DNA of 64,000 bases from Leptolyngbyaceae cyanobacterium (GTDB taxonomy: Bacteria; Cyanobacteriota; Cyanobacteriia; Phormidesmidales; Phormidesmidaceae), in assembly GCA_965263355.1 (NCBI GenBank), contig CBDHHL010000032.1, positions 1,696,001 through 1,760,000 of the forward strand, given 5' to 3'. A program made the translations under genes and the position numbers. Of the stretch, positions 1 to 10,485 are shown one piece after another (position 1 is the first letter of the stretch; each line of letters opens with the position of its first letter). The notes beneath the pieces are model-generated. The model was not told the DNA's origin, made no database searches, and was given only the letters and a program-made list of their open reading frames with translations.

Positions 1-56
1 TGACTTAAGTTTGGCAAAGGGATGAAGAGGATGGGTAAGATAATTTCATCAGGACT

Positions 57-392
57 TCAAGCTGTTGCATAATCGGTATACTGTCGCATCTCAGGAGCTT
101 GGAATCCCAGGACAATATCTGTTTTAAGCACACCGCGTTCAACCAGTTCTTGGGCTATTTTGACCTCTGTCATATTTTGCTGAATCCAAATTTTTCCGGC
201 TTTAATATCCAGGTGCAGCACACAACCATAGACTCGTCGATGACCGTCCCATCCTACTGTCATCACCTGGTAATGATCTTGTTGGGTGTCAAACACGGTA
301 TAGCATTCAATCTCACCATTAGAAATTGGTATGGCTGCATACTCAGTTAATAATGTCTGAATTGTATTTCGATAAGACGCTATGTTATCGAT
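57..392 (-). CDS. xisI: XisI family protein, start codon apparently mutated (ATC at 390-392)
   Basis: DHYQVMTVGWDGHRRVYGCVLHLDIKAGKIWIQQNMTE...DIVLGF is XisI-like. The frame stays open upstream to ATC GAT AAC ATA GCG, giving 111 aa. Confidence 0.85.
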   Translation of the reverse strand: MDNIASYRNTIQTLLTEYAAIPISNGEIECYTVFDTQQDHYQVMTVGWDGHRRVYGCVLHLDIKAGKIWIQQNMTEVKIAQELVERGVLKTDIVLGFQAPEMRQYTDYATA

Positions 393-457
393 CTAACAAT
401 TACCTCCTGAATTGGGTCATAAATGACTTGCCTAATTTGATACCGTTCCACTAAAAG
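380..457 (-). pseudogene. xisH: XisH C-terminal remnant
   Basis: Translates LLVERYQIRQVIYDPIQEVIVRSIT* and overlaps the xisI start as in xisHI pairs. The 5' part is missing. Confidence 0.7.
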
Positions 458-460
458 TGG

Positions 461-667
461 GACTTTAAAATCAATGAGGTGTAAGAGCAGGAAATAGGGT
501 AGATGAATTTGTATATGGACTATTTTACCAATAAGGAGAATATTGAAGGAGACAATTCACCGATTAGGATTATTTTGACTCATAACAAGAATGAGCTGTT
601 GGTAGAATATGCTACATACCAAATGAATAGTCAACGGTTTGTGCATAAATATATAGCTGTGCATTGA
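461..667 (+). pseudogene. YhcG/DUF1016 PD-(D/E)xK nuclease C-terminal remnant
   Basis: DFKINEV*EQEIG*MNLYMDYFTNKENIEGDNSPIRIILTHNKNELLVEYA resembles the DLK...DIGQMNMY...DNPPIGIIL motif, with in-frame stops. Confidence 0.7.
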
Positions 668-1402
668 CAGCTTCAAGCTCCATGATTAAGGAATTTCAAT
701 TAATAACATCCTTGCTTATCTATCCTACCTATCCATTCAATTACAGTCTAATAAGAGTGCTTTATTTCCATGCAGATCTCTAACGCAATCTGTAGCACTT
801 CCGATTGGAAGCCGTTAGCATCTCATTGACCTTAATGATTTTTAATACTTAAAGCTGCATATCTACGGATTGAAGAACGTATACGTTTTTTTGATGTGTA
901 ATCAAATGCAACAATACTATTAAAGGATCATTCAAATAAAATCATTATGCTCAAACTATTGAATCCTAATCATTGGATATCGCTAAATCTAGATACGCAC
1001 AATAGTCTTCTGTGATATTAGAAAGGCAATCGCCTTTTATATGCGATTGCACATAAATAAAACCCAGCGGATGTGGTGGACTGTTAACTTTAGCTTCCTA
1101 GCACCCTTTCTGAGCCCAAAGGACATACGCTAAAGCATAGAGCAAGGGGGATCAGATATCGCCAAGCCCTTTAAAGCAGTAGATTATCTACATGCATGTC
1201 CCAAATCTTTCTATACTAAAGATTATAAGTCGATATAAATATCTTTTGTGATTCTTTAAAGGATAACTATTCTTAATCTTTTTCTGTGACTTTTTCCTGC
1301 CGTTCAGAAATACCACAATTTTATTTCTTTAAAGGTGTAAACACTAAAATATTCTGATGATACACTTTAAATGTGTGTGTATCCCTATGTCTAACAGAAT
1401 CC

Positions 1403-3310
1403 ATGAGTATATTCGAAGGAATAGTTAAGGATCTTTCCATTTTTTTTATTAAGATCTTATGGGGAAAAAGTACAGCAGAAATTTCTCCCCATATTCGTTT
1501 GCAAGTATTTAAGGCATCAAATAGATACTTCAAAAATTATGCTCGACGTCATGGAAAAATGAAGGTTTTAGGAATGTCTAGGCCTGTTTCCCTAGAGAGA
1601 ATATATACAAATGTTCAAATATTGGATAGACAGGAGATTTTTCTCAACTATGCTACTGTTGAAGCGATAGAAAAAAATTATCGTCAAGGTACAGACAGAT
1701 GGATTGAAGGTACCAAGAAAAGTAGACGAATAGGTATTGATGTAGCTAATCAAGAGCAATACTTAACTGTTCTCGGTCAACCGGGTGTAGGAAAATCTAC
1801 ATTTTTAAGGAAAATTGGCTTGGAAGCTTTGAAAGGTCGACGAGGTGATTTCAAGCATGCATGCCTTCCGGTTTTTTTAGAGCTTAAAGGATTCGATGGT
1901 GTAAATTTAAATATAGAAGAGCATATTGTCAAGGAACTTGAAATTTGCGGGTTTCCTAATACTCAGGCTTTCACAGAAAGAGCATTGCAACAAGGTAAAT
2001 TGTTGTTATTGCTAGATGGTCTTGATGAAGTGCCTACAAAGAAGCTAAATAATGTCATTCGTAAAACCAATAACTTCTTTAACAAATATTTCAAAAATAG
2101 ATTTATTACATCGTGTCGTATAGCCGCTTATAAAGGCTATTATAAAGACTGCACTGATGTTGTCGTAGCTCCTTTTAATAAAAAGCAAATCAAACAATTT
2201 ATTAATAACTGGTTCCAGAAAGAGATTGACATAAAGCAAGGTACTGCTATCAAGTGTTGGAGATTGTTGCAAAAGCCAGAAAATGTTGCTGCAATGGAAT
2301 TAGCACAAACTCCCTTATTGTTGACCTTTCTTTGCCTTGTTTATGATCGCTCCCAAAATCTATCTGACAACCGAAGCCGACTATATAAAAGGGCATTAGA
2401 TATTTTGTTGGAAGAATGGGCGTCTGAAAAGCGTTTAGAGCATGACATAATTTATCAAGGATTACATAGTGAATTAGAGAAAGTGCTTTTGTCAGAATTT
2501 GCATATGAGAAATTTACTGGAGATCAATTGTTCTTTTCAAAAGAAGCAATTATTGAGCACATAGCAAATTTCCTAAGAGATACCCTAGATGCTCCCGAAA
2601 ATCTTAACTGCAAGGAAGTGCTTAATGCAATTGAAGTTCAGCAAGGAATTCTGGTAGAAAGGGCAGAAGATGTGTATTCTTTCTCTCATTTAACAATTCA
2701 AGAGTTTCTGGTTGCAAGATACTTAGCTAAAGATTACCGAAAGTTCAATATGCTGATCTCTTCAGTTAGATTTTTAGATAGCCGTTGGCAGGAAGTCTTT
2801 TTGTTAGCAACAGGATTACAAGATTCTGCAGATAATGTTTTACTAGATATGGAAAAAACTACACATAAGCAAGTAAAAACAGAAGGGCTTAGACGTCTCA
2901 TTCGTATTCTTAGTCAACAAGCTAATAGTGAAATAGAGGGGGATGGTAAGCTAGCTGCTAAACGAGCTCTATGCGTAGCTTTCTTTCTCAAATATGCTTC
3001 TCAACTTAGTCATGATGTATCTGATAGAGCAGTTCTAGAAGAATTTTGCGAAAAGGCTCAAGTACTAAGTCAACTTATAGACAGTAGTAGCAGCCTTAAG
3101 TATGTGCCTGTTCGAGCGTTTAATCCTCATGTTTTTATTTCTTCAGAAGAATTTGCCTGTTTAAATAACTACTTAACGTCGACTCTTGTAATGGTTCGAT
3201 GTAAACAATCAGCACTTCGTGTAACACCAAAAGTATGGCATCAAATTGAGAGAAATATACTAACCGCACCTGACCACAGGAATTTTTTCCCTGCTTTTTC
3301 ACCAAGATAG
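1403..3310 (+). CDS. NACHT-domain STAND NTPase
   Basis: Walker A GQPGVGKS, Walker B LLLLLDGLDE, ITSCR, TPLLL and YSFSHLTIQEF. ORF is open from 1373; ATG 1403 is the likelier start. Confidence 0.85.
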   Translation: MSIFEGIVKDLSIFFIKILWGKSTAEISPHIRLQVFKASNRYFKNYARRHGKMKVLGMSRPVSLERIYTNVQILDRQEIFLNYATVEAIEKNYRQGTDRWIEGTKKSRRIGIDVANQEQYLTVLGQPGVGKSTFLRKIGLEALKGRRGDFKHACLPVFLELKGFDGVNLNIEEHIVKELEICGFPNTQAFTERALQQGKLLLLLDGLDEVPTKKLNNVIRKTNNFFNKYFKNRFITSCRIAAYKGYYKDCTDVVVAPFNKKQIKQFINNWFQKEIDIKQGTAIKCWRLLQKPENVAAMELAQTPLLLTFLCLVYDRSQNLSDNRSRLYKRALDILLEEWASEKRLEHDIIYQGLHSELEKVLLSEFAYEKFTGDQLFFSKEAIIEHIANFLRDTLDAPENLNCKEVLNAIEVQQGILVERAEDVYSFSHLTIQEFLVARYLAKDYRKFNMLISSVRFLDSRWQEVFLLATGLQDSADNVLLDMEKTTHKQVKTEGLRRLIRILSQQANSEIEGDGKLAAKRALCVAFFLKYASQLSHDVSDRAVLEEFCEKAQVLSQLIDSSSSLKYVPVRAFNPHVFISSEEFACLNNYLTSTLVMVRCKQSALRVTPKVWHQIERNILTAPDHRNFFPAFSPR

Positions 3311-3569
3311 GTTAGCTAATGACTTTAACTCTTGTTGTTATTACATATGCTCTTACTATGACATATGCAATAGTGATTAAAGATTCTACAAAAATGACTT
3401 TCCTTAAAGCGATACTTGTAGCAATATATGAATGCTTACCTTACATTAAAAATCATGAAAATTGATGTGTAAGATGATTAATCGAGCATTTTACCCCCTC
3501 AAACAAAGCTAGTATCTGAACAATTTTGCTACTTAGTTGAGTGGCAATTGATGGGGAACTGAGGGAGAT

Positions 3570-4010
3570 ATGGATACTGAACAAAAAGAGAGGCTGATCT
3601 TAGTTATTAATGCTCAACAGGAGCATTTACAAATTATCGAACAGGTGCTTGCGAGTAGTACGATTCCTTGCCAGGTGGTGTCTATACCCAACAGCCATCA
3701 AGCGATTGAATTTCTACGTCACCAGGGAAATTATCACCAAGCGCCTCGCCCCGACTTGATTCTGCTCGATGCTCATTTGCCCGATAGCAAGAGTCAGACG
3801 GTTCTTCTGGAAGTGAAAACGGATACTTCGCTGCGGCGTATCCCCACGATTATTTTGAGCCCGACAGCCGATCCAAATAGCGTTATTAACAGTTATCAAC
3901 TGCAATGCAATAGCTACGTCATCAAACCCCAAGATTTAACCAGTCTGACAAACGTTATGCAGGTGATCGAATCCTTTTGGCTTAACATTGTAACGTTGCC
4001 GTTAGAGTGA
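3570..4010 (+). CDS. Rcp1-like single-domain response regulator with atypical acidic pocket
   Basis: PRPDLILLD, LRRIPTIILS, CNSYVIKP and IESFWLNIVTLP are Rcp1-like. The usual VED is replaced by INA. Confidence 0.85.
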   Translation: MDTEQKERLILVINAQQEHLQIIEQVLASSTIPCQVVSIPNSHQAIEFLRHQGNYHQAPRPDLILLDAHLPDSKSQTVLLEVKTDTSLRRIPTIILSPTADPNSVINSYQLQCNSYVIKPQDLTSLTNVMQVIESFWLNIVTLPLE

Positions 4011-4290
4011 TTGATTCAGCTAACGTAAACTCAATCGACCAAGCATTGATTTACATGTCAATAAATACTTAATTATTACGTTCAAAAGATTTATTGAAAT
4101 GGCTCAACACATGACTAAAGAGGCATTTCAGAAGCTTTTTATTTATTTAATATTTCAGTTAAAGAGGTTACCGGAGTCCTGAGATATTCTGCAAGGTAGC
4201 TTTCAATAATCGATTCTGTGCGCCGGACAAATAAAGGCCATGCCAGTCGTTTGTTAGGCGTCTATCCACTGACCACCTGCGGAGGACAGT

Positions 4291-6594
4291 ATGGCACGAA
4301 CAAATCTCACCCAATCAGACCCCAGCTTGGTTGCCTTAAAGCAGCCATCAATTAATAATCTGACTAAAATACAGCCCCATGGGGTAGTCCTAGTCTTGGA
4401 TGCAAGCAACTTAACAGTCCTGCAGGCTAGTACTAATACTATTGATGAATTTGCCCTAGATCCTAGGGATGTGATTGGCAAACCCTTAGACGAAATTCTC
4501 GACCCCTTCCAAGTCGATCAGTTTAAGGTAGGGCTTACAGAAGAGAAGTTAGATTTTATTAATCCGGTCAAGGTTTGGGTCCGTAAAGAAGGCGATGACT
4601 ATCAAGTATTTGATGCGGTCTTCCATCGCAGCAAGGATGGCTTTCTAATCCTTGAACTTGAGCCTGCGCTGACCCACGAGAATATTCCTTTTTTAAGTTT
4701 TTATCACCTGGCCAGGGCGTCTATTAATCAGCTGGAATCAACGGCAGAGCTACATGCATTTTGTCAGGTGATTGTGCGAGAAGTTCGCAAGGTGACTGGG
4801 TTTGACCGGGTCATGCTCTATCGGTTTGATGACGATGGTCATGGTGAAGTCATTGCTGAGGAAAAATGCGATGAGATGGAACCTTATTTAGGACTGCATT
4901 ATCCTGAGTCAGACATCCCTAAAACAGCCCGTCAAATGTTTCTCTCTAACTGGATTCGGATAATTCCCAATGCGGCTGCAACCGCTGTGGATCTTTATCC
5001 AGCTGAGAATCCGGTTACGCAACAACCTACTGATCTAACCCATTCTATTTTACGTAGTGCGTTTCCCTGTCACTTGGAATACCTCCACAATATGGAGGTG
5101 GGGGCGTCCTTAACAATCTCTCTGATGAAGGATAATAAGCTATGGGGGTTAATTGCCTGTCATCACCGTACGCCTAAATATGTTCCCTACGAACTACGTA
5201 AAGCCTGTGAATTTTTGGGTCGGGTAATCTTTTCAGAAATTGCGACCCGCGAGGAAGTGGCCGATCATACCCATCGTATTCGGATCGCTAATATTCAATC
5301 GAATTTGATTGATGCCATGTCCCAGGCAGATTACTTTATTGAGGGCTTGACGAGCGATCCTTCTAGTCTACTAGAGCTGGTGGGTGCCAGTGGGGCAGCG
5401 GTTTATTTTAGTAATCAATGGACCCTGGTGGGTGCCACCCCATCAGAAGATGAACTCAATTATCTAGTGCAGTGGTTGGGCAAAGAACTAGAGGATGAAA
5501 TTTTCTATACGGATGCTCTACCGTTGGTTTATTCCGATGCTCAGCGATTTAAAAACCTGGCTAGCGGACTGTTAGTAATTCCGATTTCCAAACGCAGCTA
5601 TGTACTCTGGTTCCGTCCTGAAGTGATTCAAACGGTCAATTGGGGCGGTGATCCAAACAATGCCTATGCAGTAGAAGACTCTGAAAAGGGACTGCGACTC
5701 TCGCCACGCCAGTCGTTTGCCCTTTGGAAAGAGACCGTACGCTGCAAGTCACTCCATTGGGATGCCATAGAAATCAAGGCAGCCCTAGAACTACGCAAAG
5801 CGGTTGTTAACGTCGTGCTGCGTCAGGCTGAAGAGTTAGCTCTGTTAGCCCAAGATTTAGAACGGTCCAATGCTGAGTTGAAGAAGTTTGCCTATGTGGC
5901 CTCCCATGATTTGCAAGAACCCTTGAATCAGGTGGCAAACTTTGTGCAGCTGTTGGAAATGCGCTATAGCAATGAACTTGATCAAGATGCCAAGGAGTTT
6001 ATTAACTATGCCGTGGGTGGTGTCAGTCAAATGCAAACGTTGATTGATGACGTGTTGCTATACTCCAAGGTTGATATTCAGGGAATCGACTGTGCTTTGA
6101 CTGAGGTGGATCGGGCGCTAGAAAAAGCGCTGAGAAATCTGCAAGGACGGATTCATGAAACCGGTGCAGTTGTCACCTGCGATACGATGCCAACCCTCGT
6201 GGCAGATGGCACCCAGCTTATGCAGCTATTCCAAAATCTGATTGGCAATGCCATTAAGTTTCGACAGTCGGAGGTCGCTCCGGAAATTCATATCGGTGTA
6301 GAACGCCAGGAAGATAACTGGCTGTTTTCAGTACGGGACAATGGTATTGGCATTGGACCCGAGTTTGCTGATCGTATTTTTGTAATCTTCCAACGGTTAC
6401 ATACCCGCGATGAGTATCCTGGTTCAGGGATGGGGTTGGCTATCTGTAAGAAGATTATCGAATGCCATCGAGGCCAAATTTGGGTTAACTCTGACGTGGG
6501 TCAAGGGGCTACATTCTATTTCACATTGCCAGTTGGAGGTCGCGATCGCACTAGTGGACTCAGAACGCAAAGTTATTTTCTTGATCGAAGATAA
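4291..6594 (+). CDS. cph1: Cyanobacterial phytochrome histidine kinase (PAS-GAF-PHY-HisKA-HATPase)
   Basis: IQPHG, GFDRVMLYRF, YPESDIP, bilin-binding LRSAFPCHLEY, PHY tongue LSPRQSF, H-box ASHDLQEPL, G boxes DNGIG and GSGMGL. Confidence 0.93.
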   Translation: MARTNLTQSDPSLVALKQPSINNLTKIQPHGVVLVLDASNLTVLQASTNTIDEFALDPRDVIGKPLDEILDPFQVDQFKVGLTEEKLDFINPVKVWVRKEGDDYQVFDAVFHRSKDGFLILELEPALTHENIPFLSFYHLARASINQLESTAELHAFCQVIVREVRKVTGFDRVMLYRFDDDGHGEVIAEEKCDEMEPYLGLHYPESDIPKTARQMFLSNWIRIIPNAAATAVDLYPAENPVTQQPTDLTHSILRSAFPCHLEYLHNMEVGASLTISLMKDNKLWGLIACHHRTPKYVPYELRKACEFLGRVIFSEIATREEVADHTHRIRIANIQSNLIDAMSQADYFIEGLTSDPSSLLELVGASGAAVYFSNQWTLVGATPSEDELNYLVQWLGKELEDEIFYTDALPLVYSDAQRFKNLASGLLVIPISKRSYVLWFRPEVIQTVNWGGDPNNAYAVEDSEKGLRLSPRQSFALWKETVRCKSLHWDAIEIKAALELRKAVVNVVLRQAEELALLAQDLERSNAELKKFAYVASHDLQEPLNQVANFVQLLEMRYSNELDQDAKEFINYAVGGVSQMQTLIDDVLLYSKVDIQGIDCALTEVDRALEKALRNLQGRIHETGAVVTCDTMPTLVADGTQLMQLFQNLIGNAIKFRQSEVAPEIHIGVERQEDNWLFSVRDNGIGIGPEFADRIFVIFQRLHTRDEYPGSGMGLAICKKIIECHRGQIWVNSDVGQGATFYFTLPVGGRDRTSGLRTQSYFLDRR

Positions 6595-7003
6595 TCGCGG
6601 CGACATTCGCCTGATTCAAGAAGCCCTCAAAAGCGCAGGTACGCCCTGTGATATTGCCGTCGCCAGGGACGGTGTAGAAGCGATGGCCTATCTGCGCCAT
6701 GAGGGAGAGTTTGAACAGGCGATACTGCCAGATTTAATCTTGTTGGATCTTAACTTACCTAAGAAAGATGGACGGGAGGTATTAGCTGAAATCAAAGCTG
6801 ATCCCAACCTTAAACATATTCCGGTGGTTGTATTAACCACATCACGGAATGAAGATGATATCTTCAATAGTTATGATTTGCATGTCAATTGCTATATCTC
6901 AAAATCTCGCAATCTAGCTCAACTATTTACGATTATCCGAGGAATTGAACAGTTTTGGCTGAAAACGGCTACGCTCCCCAAACCATTACAGGCGCTAGAT
7001 TAG
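6554..7003 (+). CDS. rcp1: Phytochrome response regulator Rcp1
   Basis: LIEDNRGD, DLILLDLNLPKKDG, VVVLTTS, NCYISK, FWLKTATLP. GTG start follows GGAGG and overlaps the cph1 3' end. Confidence 0.9.
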   Translation: MDSERKVIFLIEDNRGDIRLIQEALKSAGTPCDIAVARDGVEAMAYLRHEGEFEQAILPDLILLDLNLPKKDGREVLAEIKADPNLKHIPVVVLTTSRNEDDIFNSYDLHVNCYISKSRNLAQLFTIIRGIEQFWLKTATLPKPLQALD

Positions 7004-9015
7004 GGGCTGGCATCCGCGTATTGTTGATTGAAGATAGTGCTGCGGATGCTCGACTCTTGCAAGAGTTTCTTAGGGAAACCTTAGACTATGATTTTCAACT
7101 GACCCATGTAGAGCGTCTCAGTAAGGCTCTGCAACAGATTCAAGCTGACAAATTTGATGTCATTTTGTTGGATCTAACCTTGCCTGACAGTGATGGGCTG
7201 AGTTCTCTCAATACCCTTCTGCATCAGTCACCTAGTGTTCCAGTTGTGGTACTGACCAATACCAATAATCCTGAGCTAGCCGTTGAAGCAGTCCGTCAAG
7301 GGGCTCAAGACTATTTGATTAAACGCCAAATGCACCATGATGTACTGGTGCGATCGCTACGGTATGCCATTGAGCGTAAACAACAGGCCGAAGCATTGCG
7401 GGCGGCCAATGAGGCCTTAGAACATCGAGTCCAGGTACGAACTCGGGAACTGGAGCTAGCCAACCAACGACTACGCCAAGAAGTTAACTATCGCCAAACC
7501 GTACAAGAGCGCTTAGCCCTGGCTCAAAAGGCGGGTAAAACCGGCATTTTTGAATGGAACGTGCGCTCTAATGAGGTTACCTGGAGTGCTGAACTGGAAG
7601 CACTCTATGGTGTCCCCCATGGTGATTTTGATGGCTCCTATAACAATTGGATTAAGACTGTCCACGACGAGGATCGCTCACGGGTTGAGCAGGAGCTTTG
7701 GCGTTCTCTTACGGTGGGTAGCGGCCTCAACAGCGAGTTTAGAATTTCCCATCCCAACGGTCCTCGTTGGATCAGTGTAAAAAGCAGCATTTTCAATGGT
7801 GAAGACGGCAAACCGTTGAGAATGTTAGGCATTCATCTTGACATTACCGAGAAAAAACAGCTAGAGGCTCAATTCCTCCAGGTTCAGCGTTTAGAAAGTC
7901 TGGGGGCTTTGGCCAGTGGCATTGCCCACGATCTTAACAACATTTTGACACCAATTTTAGCGGCAGGACAGTTGTTACCCGTGACATTGGGCACTGTTGA
8001 CAAACGCTCAAAGCAGTTAATTGACACGCTAAACTGTAGTGCTCAACGCGGTACTAAACTTGTGCAGCAGATTCTCTCCTTTGTTAAAGATAGCAACTGT
8101 TTGAGCCGAGTACTCTCCATTGGAGAATTGCTCACAGAGACAAATCAAATTGTTCAGCAGACGTTATCCCAGGCTATCCATGTCCAGCTTGATGTGCCAG
8201 CGGATCTATGGCTAGTAAACGGGAATGAAACCCAGCTGCACCAGGTATTTATGAATCTCTGTGTAAATGCCCGAGATGCGATGTCTGAGGGGGGCACTCT
8301 ATGGGTATCGGCCAGGAATTTGCTGATTGATGAACCTTATTTGAAAATGCATGATGCCGCCACACTGGGTCCCCATGTGATGGTTACAGTAGCTGATACG
8401 GGAGTAGGGATTGCTCCGGACATTCGAGAACATATTTTTGAGCCGTTTTTTACGACAAAAGCCGCTAGCCAGGGAACCGGCTTAGGACTGGCCGCCGTGC
8501 TGAATATTGTCAAAAGCCACGGTGGTTTTATTGATATGCAAACAGCGATTGGACAAGGCAGTCAGTTTCATGTTTATCTGCCTGCAGATCCAAACTCTGT
8601 GAGCATGCCTACGCCACCAATAGAGGTGCTTCGGGGGTGTCAAGAAGTGATTTTAGTGGTGGATGATGACCCAACCATTTGTAAGGTGTTGGAATTATCG
8701 TTGGAAACCTATGGCTATCAGGTGTTGATTGCCCATGATGGGCTGGGTGCGATCGCAAGCCTAGCTGAACATCGCTCTATAGTCCGTTGTATTTTAATCG
8801 ACCTGATTATGCCAGACATGGATGGGCAAACAGCTATTCCCTTATTACAAAGACTCCAGCCTGAGGTGAGCGTGGTTGCCATGACTGGAGCCATGATCCC
8901 AAACCAAAAGGAAACGGTAGCCAGTGAATTAAAGGTTGATGGTACTTTGCACAAACCGTTTACCACCCACGATTTACTGATACTGTTGCAGGAAGTACTG
9001 ACACCTGAAGTATAA
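6955..9015 (+). CDS. Hybrid sensor histidine kinase (REC-PAS-HisKA-HATPase-REC)
   Basis: N-terminal LLIEDS/ILLDLTLPD, PAS region, AHDLNNILT, NLCVNARDAM, FEPFFTTK/GTGLGL, C-terminal VVDDD...ILIDLIMP. Start uncertain. Confidence 0.9.
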   Translation: MAENGYAPQTITGARLGAGIRVLLIEDSAADARLLQEFLRETLDYDFQLTHVERLSKALQQIQADKFDVILLDLTLPDSDGLSSLNTLLHQSPSVPVVVLTNTNNPELAVEAVRQGAQDYLIKRQMHHDVLVRSLRYAIERKQQAEALRAANEALEHRVQVRTRELELANQRLRQEVNYRQTVQERLALAQKAGKTGIFEWNVRSNEVTWSAELEALYGVPHGDFDGSYNNWIKTVHDEDRSRVEQELWRSLTVGSGLNSEFRISHPNGPRWISVKSSIFNGEDGKPLRMLGIHLDITEKKQLEAQFLQVQRLESLGALASGIAHDLNNILTPILAAGQLLPVTLGTVDKRSKQLIDTLNCSAQRGTKLVQQILSFVKDSNCLSRVLSIGELLTETNQIVQQTLSQAIHVQLDVPADLWLVNGNETQLHQVFMNLCVNARDAMSEGGTLWVSARNLLIDEPYLKMHDAATLGPHVMVTVADTGVGIAPDIREHIFEPFFTTKAASQGTGLGLAAVLNIVKSHGGFIDMQTAIGQGSQFHVYLPADPNSVSMPTPPIEVLRGCQEVILVVDDDPTICKVLELSLETYGYQVLIAHDGLGAIASLAEHRSIVRCILIDLIMPDMDGQTAIPLLQRLQPEVSVVAMTGAMIPNQKETVASELKVDGTLHKPFTTHDLLILLQEVLTPEV

Positions 9016-9065
9016 ATTTAAATAAGGTTAATATCTTAATCATAGTTGGTTTGTAAATTGGATGA

Positions 9066-9470
9066 ATGCTAATGACAACTGCCAACCCTGAAACTTTTAA
9101 CGTTGCTGAAGCTGCCTTCCAAGCCTTTTCCCATGGTCTCGCTACAGGCGATTGGTCACGGTTTTTAGCCTACCTGAGTGACGACTTTACCTTCTGGTTT
9201 CCCGCAGGCCCCTTTAAAGGGCTTAATTCTGGCAAAGATCAGGCCAAAGCTTTTTTTGCCACCGTTTCAAACGTTTTTCCTGAAGGCCTGACGTTAACCC
9301 TAGAGCGAACGTTGAGCAGTGGGCATACGGTTCTGTTTGAAGTGCGTTCCCAAGGTCTGATGTTAGGCCATCCCTATGAAAATCAGGCAGCGATTTCCTT
9401 TGATGTAGTCGGTGACAAAATCTGCGGATACCGAGAGTACCTGGGTGTCATCTTTCAGATTGGGGGATAA
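9066..9470 (+). CDS. SnoaL-like/NTF2-fold protein
   Basis: GDWSRFLAYLSDDFTFWFP...YENQAAISFDVVGDKICGYREY. Confidence 0.8.
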   Translation: MLMTTANPETFNVAEAAFQAFSHGLATGDWSRFLAYLSDDFTFWFPAGPFKGLNSGKDQAKAFFATVSNVFPEGLTLTLERTLSSGHTVLFEVRSQGLMLGHPYENQAAISFDVVGDKICGYREYLGVIFQIGG

Positions 9471-9473
9471 CCC

Positions 9474-10481
9474 GTGGTTGCCAAGCAGTATCGAAAGCTA
9501 ATTGCCCAGCGGCTTAGCCATGACTTTCAATCAGCCATGGCAATTGTCGAGGTGGACATACCACAGCCCGCAGCTCATCAAGTGCTGATTCGCAATCGGT
9601 TTGCTGGTATAAATGCCGGGTTTGATACGTTGCTCTGCCGGGGAGACGTTCCCTATGTGAATTTGTTGCCCCCCTTTGACCTGGGGGTGGAAGCAGTTGG
9701 TGAGGTGGTCGCTATCGGTTCTGGGGTGACCAAATTTACTGTCGGCGATGCTGTGGCGACAACCGTCAGAGGGGGTGGTTATCGAGAATATCAGGTGATT
9801 GATGCCGAGTTAGCGATTAAGATACCTGAGGCTATCCCCGAGATTCTCACGCTGATGCCCACCGGCATCTCTGCCCTGGTGGGTTTAGAGCGGGTGGGGG
9901 AAATGGGAAATGAAGAGACTATCCTGATTACGGCGGCGGCGGGGGGCATTGGCCATATTGCAGTACAGCTAGCGAAATTAGCGGGCAACCATGTGATTGG
10001 CACCTGTGGGTCAGAGGCTAAGGGGCAATTGCTGGAGGCCTTGGGGTGTGATCGCATCATCCACTACCGCCAAGAATCTGTCCGTGATGTCCTGGCTAGA
10101 GACTATCCCAATGGTATTAACCTGGTGTTTGACTGTGTTGGCAAACATATGTTTGATGCAGGCGTAGATCATTTAGCCGTGCGCGGACGGTTTGTAATTG
10201 TGGGATTTATTTCTGAATATGGTCAATCGCTAGAGGTTGTTTCCCAACCCCGCCTCTATGAAAAACTCTTTTGGAAAGCTGCTTCAGTACGGGGATTTTT
10301 GTTACCTCAGTATGCTGAGGCAGTGCCGGAAGCTTGCGATCGCCTTCTGGCTCTATTTGATCAGGGCAAACTCAAGGTGACGGTTGATCCCACTGATTTT
10401 CATGGAATTGAGGCCATTCCAGAAGCTGTGAATTATCTGCTTAGCGGTCAAAACTGCGGTAAAGTTGTTGTCAGGTTTTAG
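9474..10481 (+). CDS. NADP-dependent MDR-family oxidoreductase (prostaglandin reductase/quinone oxidoreductase-like)
   Basis: FAGINA, LGVEAVGEV, TAAAGGIGHIAVQLAK, C-terminal GKVVV. Confidence 0.85.
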   Translation: MVAKQYRKLIAQRLSHDFQSAMAIVEVDIPQPAAHQVLIRNRFAGINAGFDTLLCRGDVPYVNLLPPFDLGVEAVGEVVAIGSGVTKFTVGDAVATTVRGGGYREYQVIDAELAIKIPEAIPEILTLMPTGISALVGLERVGEMGNEETILITAAAGGIGHIAVQLAKLAGNHVIGTCGSEAKGQLLEALGCDRIIHYRQESVRDVLARDYPNGINLVFDCVGKHMFDAGVDHLAVRGRFVIVGFISEYGQSLEVVSQPRLYEKLFWKAASVRGFLLPQYAEAVPEACDRLLALFDQGKLKVTVDPTDFHGIEAIPEAVNYLLSGQNCGKVVVRF

Positions 10482-10485
10482 ATAT

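Noticed and set aside
777..820. Second attC site (CTCTAAC...GTTAGCA)
   Set aside because: Too short, and no convincing L boxes.
6410..6553. N-terminal extension of Rcp1
   Set aside because: Lies inside cph1; GTG 6554 has an RBS and gives a normal receiver length.
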